Source: an archaeon (GTDB lineage Archaea > Thermoproteota > Nitrososphaeria > Nitrososphaerales > Gagatemarchaeaceae). From it: DNA of 64,000 bases. The notes below the pieces were generated by a model. It was not told the DNA's origin and did not search any database. It was given only the letters and a program-made list of their open reading frames with translations. The stretch is from positions 20,335-84,334 of the forward strand of contig JAJYYP010000001.1 of NCBI GenBank assembly GCA_021800855.1. The letters are read 5' to 3'. Positions 58,379 to 64,000 of the stretch are shown in pieces. The first letter of the stretch is position 1. Each line of letters opens with the position of its first letter. The translations under genes and the position numbers were made by a program.

Positions 58379-60104
58379 GCTCTTCCTCCTGCTGATTCTT
58401 GTACCGTTGCTGGTCCCTGTTCCGGCTCTCTCCCAGAGTTTCCAGGCTGCCCAGCCGGCCTCCTTCGGACTCGGATATGGACCGCTCAGCATCGAACCCA
58501 TCACGGTAGGCACGCCGGTCTACACCCCGGGGGACCAATTGTGGGTTCAGTCTTATCAGAACACGACTTCACAGGAAGTGTTCCTGACCTCGCCTGCCGG
58601 AGTGACTACCCCTGGAATCTTTCTCGAACCTGGAGCGCTCGTGTCGATTCTGACGTTCACTCCTTCGGATCCTTTGGGGCAGTGGACGGTCACCGTGACG
58701 GTCCTGGCCACTGGGGCTTCGAGCAAGGCAACGGTGACTCTGGCGTCGCCTACGGTTTCCCTCGTTCCACGGCTCGTGAAGTCGAACCTCTCGGAGAACA
58801 CCCTGAACCTCGACTACAGCATCCCGCCGACCACCGCGTACAATATACAGGGATGCCTGATGGGGACACTATCCGGGCCGTCCGCAACGTTCCAGCTTCC
58901 AGCAGCGACCGGTGGGAGCATGAAGGTAATCCTGATAGGCAACAGCCTGACCGTTACCCCGTCTGGTTCGGCGAGCCAGTTCAACGCATGGTTTGACCTC
59001 TACACCCAGAGGAGCTACGACGAGTACGGTACGCTAGTATCCAAGCTCACGCTTGCCGCCCAGACAGGTGTACTGAGCATATCTCCCTCGCCCCAGCAGA
59101 ACAACGCTTCGTTCAACGATTACCTGAATCTGGGGGGAGGAAGATACGAACTCCAGGCATATGTCAGGACGCAGGCCGGGCTTCAGCTCTTTGACGCCCA
59201 GTTCCTGAAGACGAACGGCGCCTCTTGGGTCTCGTTGCAGGGCTGCACTCAGCTGGCGGACGCCGCCTCGTCGACCTTGGCTATGAGCGCAAACCTCGAC
59301 AAGTCGAATTCCACCTGGCCGAGGTCTCTGATCACCATGTTCGATGTCGGGGGGGTCGAAGCATACAACGTATCCGGAATACCCTTCGCAGAGGCGCGTA
59401 TCGACATAAGGAGCGAGTCCCAGGCCAAGGCTATCACAGGGGTCGTGGCAACGGCGACGGGCCAGGGGATAGAGTCGTGGGATAGCTTCGATGGGAGCAT
59501 CTTCCTGACGGGAACTCGGTTCCCCATGTCTATCTCCGTAGGGATAAACTACGGACCCACCTCTCGGACCTACAATTCCACCGTGCAGTCGCCCTACTCG
59601 AGTCTCGAACTGCTCGTCCCCGTTGGGACCCTCGACATCCACGTTGCAGCTGGGAGCGCGGCTGCCGATAATGCGACACTGAGCGTTTCAGAAGCCGGGC
59701 CCCAGCAGGCGTATTACCACGCCGACAAGGAAGGCGACTTATCCGTGATGCTCCCTCCTGGCACGTACCAGATTAACGCTTCGTATGACGGGAGATCGGC
59801 CTCTGCGGGTGCCACCCTGGTGCCGGGGGAGACGACTCAGGTGGGCGTCCAAGTAGGATCGCAGCCATTCCCAATCATGTACATTGCTCTTGTCGGAGTC
59901 CTTGTGATCGCGATCGGAATCAACTATGTTGTCTGGCGCCAGTATCAGGAGAGAAGGTCTGCTTTCAGGCAGCCAAACGTCAAAGCCGCGGCCGCCCCGA
60001 GTCGTGGAGGGATGGATGCCGCGGCTATCCTGCGCTCAGGCGGTCTCGAGCGCGCTGTCCGCTCCCTCTCTGGAGGCTTTGGAGGAGAGCCCTCCACCCC
60101 CTAA
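58368..60104 (+). CDS. large secreted, C-terminally TM-anchored, sequon-rich surface protein
   Basis: ATG 58368 gives a signal peptide (MQAKLFLLLILVPLLVPVPALSQ). C-terminal TM is PIMYIALVGVLVIAIGINYVVW. At least 8 N-x-S/T sequons. GTYQINASYDG is a beta-sandwich-like segment. Confidence 0.65.
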   Translation: MQAKLFLLLILVPLLVPVPALSQSFQAAQPASFGLGYGPLSIEPITVGTPVYTPGDQLWVQSYQNTTSQEVFLTSPAGVTTPGIFLEPGALVSILTFTPSDPLGQWTVTVTVLATGASSKATVTLASPTVSLVPRLVKSNLSENTLNLDYSIPPTTAYNIQGCLMGTLSGPSATFQLPAATGGSMKVILIGNSLTVTPSGSASQFNAWFDLYTQRSYDEYGTLVSKLTLAAQTGVLSISPSPQQNNASFNDYLNLGGGRYELQAYVRTQAGLQLFDAQFLKTNGASWVSLQGCTQLADAASSTLAMSANLDKSNSTWPRSLITMFDVGGVEAYNVSGIPFAEARIDIRSESQAKAITGVVATATGQGIESWDSFDGSIFLTGTRFPMSISVGINYGPTSRTYNSTVQSPYSSLELLVPVGTLDIHVAAGSAAADNATLSVSEAGPQQAYYHADKEGDLSVMLPPGTYQINASYDGRSASAGATLVPGETTQVGVQVGSQPFPIMYIALVGVLVIAIGINYVVWRQYQERRSAFRQPNVKAAAAPSRGGMDAAAILRSGGLERAVRSLSGGFGGEPSTP

Positions 60105-60268
60105 TCGGGGGCTGCGCGGTGTGAACCTGGCCGCGAGCCAAAGGACACGCTCGACCGACATCATCGACGGCGGGGATATGGCTCAGCCGGGGCCAAGATG
60201 AGGAAACCTGGATGGAACCGATTGTCCAACTTGTAGGACGTCTAGAAATTGGTCGTTCGCTCGGTGGG

Positions 60269-60276
60269 TTTAAATT
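60269..60276 (+). promoter_or_regulatory. TATA-like box TTTAAATT
   Basis: 25 nt upstream of ATG 60301. Confidence 0.35.
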
Positions 60277-60300
60277 GGCAACGGAGGGCGTGACGGCCGG

Positions 60301-60726
60301 ATGGCAGGCACTTCGGACACAGTAGGGCTCATTAGGGACGTGCCTTTCTTTGAAGGCTTAGACGGAAAGAGTCTGAAAGCGGTCGTCAAGGAGGGGAAGG
60401 AGGTGTCATTCAAGGAAGGCGACCTGGTAGTCGGGGAGAAAGGGTCAGGGGTTGGGTTCTACCTGGTCGTTGACGGGAAGGTAGAGGTCAGGAAGGGCAA
60501 GAAACTGCTTGCTACGCTGGGGCGTGGTCAGTTCTTCGGCGAGATGTCCGTCATAGACGGCGAACCAAGGTCGGCTGACGTCGTTGCAGTGGCGCCGACG
60601 AAGTGTTGGGTGCTTCCCGCCTGGAGCTTCGCGGGGCTCATAAAAGGCCACCCGGAAGTCGCCATACCAATGCTCAAGGAGCTCGTGAAGAGGCTCAGGG
60701 CTGTCGAAGCCTCCAGCGTGCCCTGA
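60301..60726 (+). CDS. stand-alone cyclic-nucleotide-binding (CAP-effector-type) domain protein
   Basis: FFEGL..., GEKGSGVGFYLVVDGKVEV and FFGEMSVIDGEPRSADVVA. 141 aa with no output domain. Confidence 0.8.
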   Translation: MAGTSDTVGLIRDVPFFEGLDGKSLKAVVKEGKEVSFKEGDLVVGEKGSGVGFYLVVDGKVEVRKGKKLLATLGRGQFFGEMSVIDGEPRSADVVAVAPTKCWVLPAWSFAGLIKGHPEVAIPMLKELVKRLRAVEASSVP

Positions 60727-60752
60727 GAGCCGGCCCTCCTCAGAGGGAGAAC

Positions 60753-61550
60753 ATGAAGTTAGGCATCAGCACCTGGTCTCTCCTTGGACTGGAGGTCTGT
60801 GCTGCAGTGAAGGCCATCGGAGACTCAGGGGCGGAGTACATCGAGCTCTGGGGTGAGGTCCCCCACGCCTACCCGGGTTGGGCCAAGCCGGAGGAGGTCG
60901 AAGACTCACTGTCGGCATATGACATGGTGGTGACGACCCACGCGCCATTCACCGACCTCAACCCAGCGAACCCCTTCCAGCCTGTGAAGGAAGCGGTAGG
61001 CAAGACACTGGAGTCCTTCGTCGAGTTCAGCGCGTCGGTGGGGGCGCGGATTGTCACAGTCCATCCCGGGAGCGTGCACAACGCGGCCATGGTCCTGAAG
61101 TCAGAGGACAGCTCCGCGTCGACGCTGATGAGGATGGTAAAGGCTGCCGGGGGGAGGCTGGCGATCAACGTCGAGAACCAGGCGAGGAGCTCGTCCAGGT
61201 ACTACTACCCTCTTGCGAGCACGCTGGAGTCCCTCACCTCAATGGTCGACAGGTTGCCAGGGTGCGGATGCACTCTCGACAGCGGCCACGCCCACGCCAG
61301 CGGCCTGGACCCAAGCGAGATGGCGATGAGACTCGGGGAGAAGCTCACTGAGATTCACCTGACAGACAACTCAGGTGACCTCGACGACCATCTCATCCCC
61401 GGGGAGGGGACCGCCCCCCTCGCCCCCCTGTTGGACCAAGTGGCGTGGAGGGACGTCCTCGTCTGCCTGGAGTTGAACCCACACAGGTACACTCCGGAGC
61501 AGGTGTTAGGGACCTTCCCGGCAATCATGCGAAGGTGCGCTCGAAGATAG
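60753..61550 (+). CDS. sugar-phosphate isomerase/epimerase (xylose-isomerase-like TIM barrel)
   Basis: MKLGISTWSL.., IELWGE, VTVHPG, NVENQ and HLTDN. Start moved from 60603 to ATG 60753, after the upstream gene. Confidence 0.8.
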   Translation: MKLGISTWSLLGLEVCAAVKAIGDSGAEYIELWGEVPHAYPGWAKPEEVEDSLSAYDMVVTTHAPFTDLNPANPFQPVKEAVGKTLESFVEFSASVGARIVTVHPGSVHNAAMVLKSEDSSASTLMRMVKAAGGRLAINVENQARSSSRYYYPLASTLESLTSMVDRLPGCGCTLDSGHAHASGLDPSEMAMRLGEKLTEIHLTDNSGDLDDHLIPGEGTAPLAPLLDQVAWRDVLVCLELNPHRYTPEQVLGTFPAIMRRCARR

Positions 61551-61623
61551 TGCGCGGGCCGGGGGCTTGCCTGAAAGTACGCGGCAACATCTAAATAGAC
61601 TTCCCCGGCGCGGATGAAAGAAA

Positions 61624-61935
61624 ATGCCCCAGTTCGCCAGGATAAAACTCACGAGCACGAACCTCCCTGAGCTTGAGAAAGTCGCCAGCGACATCAGGGA
61701 GATAGCCGACAAGACGGGGGTCAAGGTGAGAGGCCCGCAGCCGCTCCCCACAAAGAAGCTCAAGATAACTACGCGCAAGGCCCCGACAGGGGAGGGGAGC
61801 CACACCTTCGACCATTGGCAGCTGAGGGTCCACAGGAGGATACTCGACGTCCAGCCTGACGACAGGACCATGCGGCAGATTACGAAGCTCAGGATACCGG
61901 AAGACGTGAAAGTAGAGCTGATACTTACATCGTAG
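61624..61935 (+). CDS. rps10: 30S ribosomal protein S10 (uS10)
   Basis: ARIKLTSTN...VRGPQPLPTKKLKITTRKAPTGEGSHTFDHWQLRVHRRILD. Confidence 0.95.
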   Translation: MPQFARIKLTSTNLPELEKVASDIREIADKTGVKVRGPQPLPTKKLKITTRKAPTGEGSHTFDHWQLRVHRRILDVQPDDRTMRQITKLRIPEDVKVELILTS

Positions 61936-62004
61936 GCCTGGGCCCCTGAGGGGGACTACCGGACTTGCGTGAGGAAACCATTGAAAGGCCCCCGATTTCG
62001 GAGA

Positions 62005-62226
62005 CTATCCCTCTTGGCGGACAGCTAGTGTTGCGCCATCAGCCGCCCGGCTTGGCTCATTCCGCTTGTCAATGCTGATCTCCATCCTTCGCATCATTAG
62101 GATGGCGAAGATAGGCGCAGGGAACGCGCGATAGACCGATGGGATCTGACCCCAGACGATGGCCAAGCCTAGGATGAGGACTGCTATCTCAAAACCATAG
62201 TAGACCAGCCGCACGTACTGCCACAT
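62005..62226 (-). CDS. small 2-TM protein (73 aa)
   Basis: YYGFEIAVLILGLAIVWGQI and FPAPIFAILMM. Starts 12 nt after the stop of the upstream ORF. Confidence 0.45.
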   Translation of the reverse strand: MWQYVRLVYYGFEIAVLILGLAIVWGQIPSVYRAFPAPIFAILMMRRMEISIDKRNEPSRAADGATLAVRQEG

Positions 62227-62238
62227 CCGGTGAACCGA

Positions 62239-62658
62239 TTACTCTTCTCTTATCGTCTTCTCCAGCCTGAAGTTCAGGATTCCTTCGAGTTCCGCCGCCC
62301 TTTGGTACAGCTGGTAGTTCCGATCGAGGAAGCGCATGATTAGAATGAGGATCGCTGCGACCCCCAGCGCGGCCACCTTCACGTATGCCGCGATTGTCGT
62401 GCCATTGACCCGCCCGAGAAGGGCATCCGCCGAGAGCAGCCCTGAAATGAACGTGAAACCCCACTTCCTGAGACCATCGAGCTTGTCCTCGAAGGCATCT
62501 ATCATCGCGAAACACTGGCACCACTCGTCGTAGGCGCGGCCAGGTTGGCCCGCATCGCCGTCGTTTGGACGATTGGCCAAGTCGCCCCGTCTGGTCTGGT
62601 GGATGATTAAGGGGTGTTTTCCCTTCAATGAACATGACATGCCCGCGCAGTGGTGCAT
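62239..62658 (-). CDS. 2-TM protein with conserved-looking post-TM helix (tentatively SLATT/DUF4231-like)
   Basis: WGFTFISGLLSADALL and AAYVKVAALGVAAILILIM, followed by RFLDRNYQLYQRAAELEGIL. N-terminal limit uncertain (M at 62658 or later). Confidence 0.45.
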   Translation of the reverse strand: MHHCAGMSCSLKGKHPLIIHQTRRGDLANRPNDGDAGQPGRAYDEWCQCFAMIDAFEDKLDGLRKWGFTFISGLLSADALLGRVNGTTIAAYVKVAALGVAAILILIMRFLDRNYQLYQRAAELEGILNFRLEKTIREE

Positions 62659-62897
62659 CTGGATGGCGTTGGAATCCGAGCCCTCGGATGGGTCCGGGGT
62701 GGAGCGTGCTTCGGCTGAGTGTCCACAAGATACCTGAACTCATCAATGGGTGGACAGCGGAAGTTGATCTTTTGGTCCGTGTCCATAACCTCTGGCCGAG
62801 GGTCCGATTCCTTAATCGCTTGGTGGGGAAGAAGGTCTCCTTCCTTGACGGAATATCGTTTTGGCATATCTCGCCGCTCTGATAGGGATGTCGACAT
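62625..62897 (-). CDS. hypothetical small soluble protein, limits uncertain
   Basis: MPKRYSVKEGDLLPHQAIKESDPRPEVMDTDQKINFRCPPIDEFRYLV looks protein-like. The Pro/Arg-rich tail may not be real. Confidence 0.3.
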   Translation of the reverse strand: MSTSLSERRDMPKRYSVKEGDLLPHQAIKESDPRPEVMDTDQKINFRCPPIDEFRYLVDTQPKHAPPRTHPRARIPTPSRCTTARACHVH

Positions 62898-62989
62898 CCG
62901 ACTTCATACAAAACTTGCGGCGGTCGGAGCCGCGTAGACTATCATAGGCCTTGTGGAGGCTTCTTCAAGCCGAAGCGGGGGGCTTTACC

Positions 62990-63883
62990 CTAGGCCTGCA
63001 TCTTCACCCAGTCGATGGTCCGCCGGAGCCCCTGCTCAAGGGTGAGCTCGTGCGAGTACCCGAGAAGGGTCTGGGCCTTCTTGATCGACGGGTAGCTAAT
63101 CTGCGGTTCCTTCTCCAGTTCGCTCCTCGGCGGTAGGAGCCGTAGCTCTGACTTCGACCCTGTCAGCCTCTTCACAGTCTCCGCCAGCTCCCTGATGGAG
63201 ACAGCCCCTACCCCCCCGAAGTTGAACGCCTCCCCCACGGCCCGCTCGTTGTTGATTATCGAAAGCGCCAGCTTGGCGAAGTTTACCGCGTGAGATGGGG
63301 AGGTCGTGTCTTTCCCTCCGTTGTACAGGGCGAGCGGCTCGTCCCTTAGGCACGCTCGGATGAACCTGATCGTCGCCCTCGTGGGCTGGTCGTACTCGCC
63401 GAAGAGGAGCCAGCTCCGTGTGATCGAAATCGGGAGGCCTGCCGACTTGTGGAAGGCCATCGCCATGTTCTCGCTGACGACCTTCGAGTAGTCGTACGGG
63501 ACCCGCGGGTCGAATGGTGACTCCTCGGTCACGGGGTTAGTCTTCGGGGCGCCGAACACGTTGGCAGAGGAAGCCACGACGATCCTCCTCACCCCCTTCC
63601 TCTTCGCCAGCTCGAGCATGTTGAGTGTCCCGACGCAGTTGACCCTGAAGCAGAGCCCAGGGTCCTCTATGGTCTTCCTGATCTCTGTGATCGCGGCGAG
63701 ATGGACGATGGCGTCGAAGTCCTGGGAAGCGAGAGTGCTGAAGACGAATCTGTCGTCCAGCAAATCCCCGGACACCTCCCACCCGGAGAGGTCTGTAGGG
63801 ATGGTCCCGACCCCCTTCTCGTTGAAATAACCGACCAGGTTCCTCCCGACCATCCCTGAAGCCCCAGTCACCAGGACTTTCAA
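62990..63883 (-). CDS. NAD-dependent epimerase/dehydratase (UDP-sugar epimerase-like SDR)
   Basis: VLVTGASGMVGRNL and a YDYSK catalytic motif. TTG start. Minus-strand TTAAATAG box at 63909-63917, 26 nt upstream. Confidence 0.85.
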   Translation of the reverse strand: MKVLVTGASGMVGRNLVGYFNEKGVGTIPTDLSGWEVSGDLLDDRFVFSTLASQDFDAIVHLAAITEIRKTIEDPGLCFRVNCVGTLNMLELAKRKGVRRIVVASSANVFGAPKTNPVTEESPFDPRVPYDYSKVVSENMAMAFHKSAGLPISITRSWLLFGEYDQPTRATIRFIRACLRDEPLALYNGGKDTTSPSHAVNFAKLALSIINNERAVGEAFNFGGVGAVSIRELAETVKRLTGSKSELRLLPPRSELEKEPQISYPSIKKAQTLLGYSHELTLEQGLRRTIDWVKMQA

Positions 63884-63912
63884 CTCTGGAAGCGCGCCCC
63901 GCCCTGATTCTA

Positions 63913-64000
63913 TTTAAGATGAAGATATGCCCGCCTTGTTCAACAGCTGACCAACCAGCTGCTGGTCCACGACCCCGTAGCCCATGCTTTCCGTGCCGTC
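63913..64000 (-). CDS. 3' end of an ORF whose start lies beyond the window
   Basis: Open frame from the window edge reading ..DGTESMGYGVVDQQLVGQLLNKAGISSS to a stop at 63913-63915. Confidence 0.3.

Noticed and set aside
62189-62911. 240-aa minus-strand ORF spanning the small-gene cluster
   Set aside because: It is Arg/Gly-rich with no hydrophobic structure. The two shorter frames give coherent TM helices instead.

Overview
The window is a GC-rich (about 60% by eye, not computed), densely packed archaeal chromosome segment. The archaeal assignment rests on five points. First, a co-oriented rpoH-rpoB-rpoA-rpl30e-nusA-rps12-rps7 operon (8.5-17.9 kb, minus strand). Second, an rpoA that is unsplit (A' and A'' fused, 1262 aa), as reported for Thaumarchaeota/Nitrososphaerota and Korarchaeota. 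Third, a tRNA without encoded CCA. Fourth, TATA-like boxes 22-35 nt upstream of many start codons. Fifth, frequent TTG/GTG starts. Most of the window is housekeeping or ordinary accessory content. This includes guaB-guaA-add, ilvE, aconitase, kdpABC, pyruvate kinase, acyl-CoA dehydrogenase, endonuclease III, a CoA-transferase, two DHA2-type MFS transporters, PadR, an ABC-2 exporter, USP/CBS proteins and uS10. I found no rRNA, CRISPR array, transposase or integrase. I also found no unambiguous new multi-gene system. The four best candidates are listed here. (1) A small tRNA-Leu(UAG)-anchored islet (31.2-33.3 kb) bounded by a 13-nt direct repeat of the tRNA 3' end. It carries vapBC, a 0.3-kb ORF-free stretch and a disrupted coiled-coil gene. 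(2) An 895-nt ORF-poor interval (53458-54352), by far the longest gap in the window. (3) A six-gene, translationally coupled MoxR/DUF58/DUF4129-like cluster flanked by two sequon-rich surface proteins (54.35-60.1 kb). (4) A trio of small, A/T-richer genes, two of which encode 2-TM proteins (62.0-62.9 kb). Three genes are each broken in a way that restoring one nucleotide would repair. This could mean indel errors in the assembly rather than real pseudogenes. All family assignments come from motif recognition by eye, and no database search or RNA folding was run.
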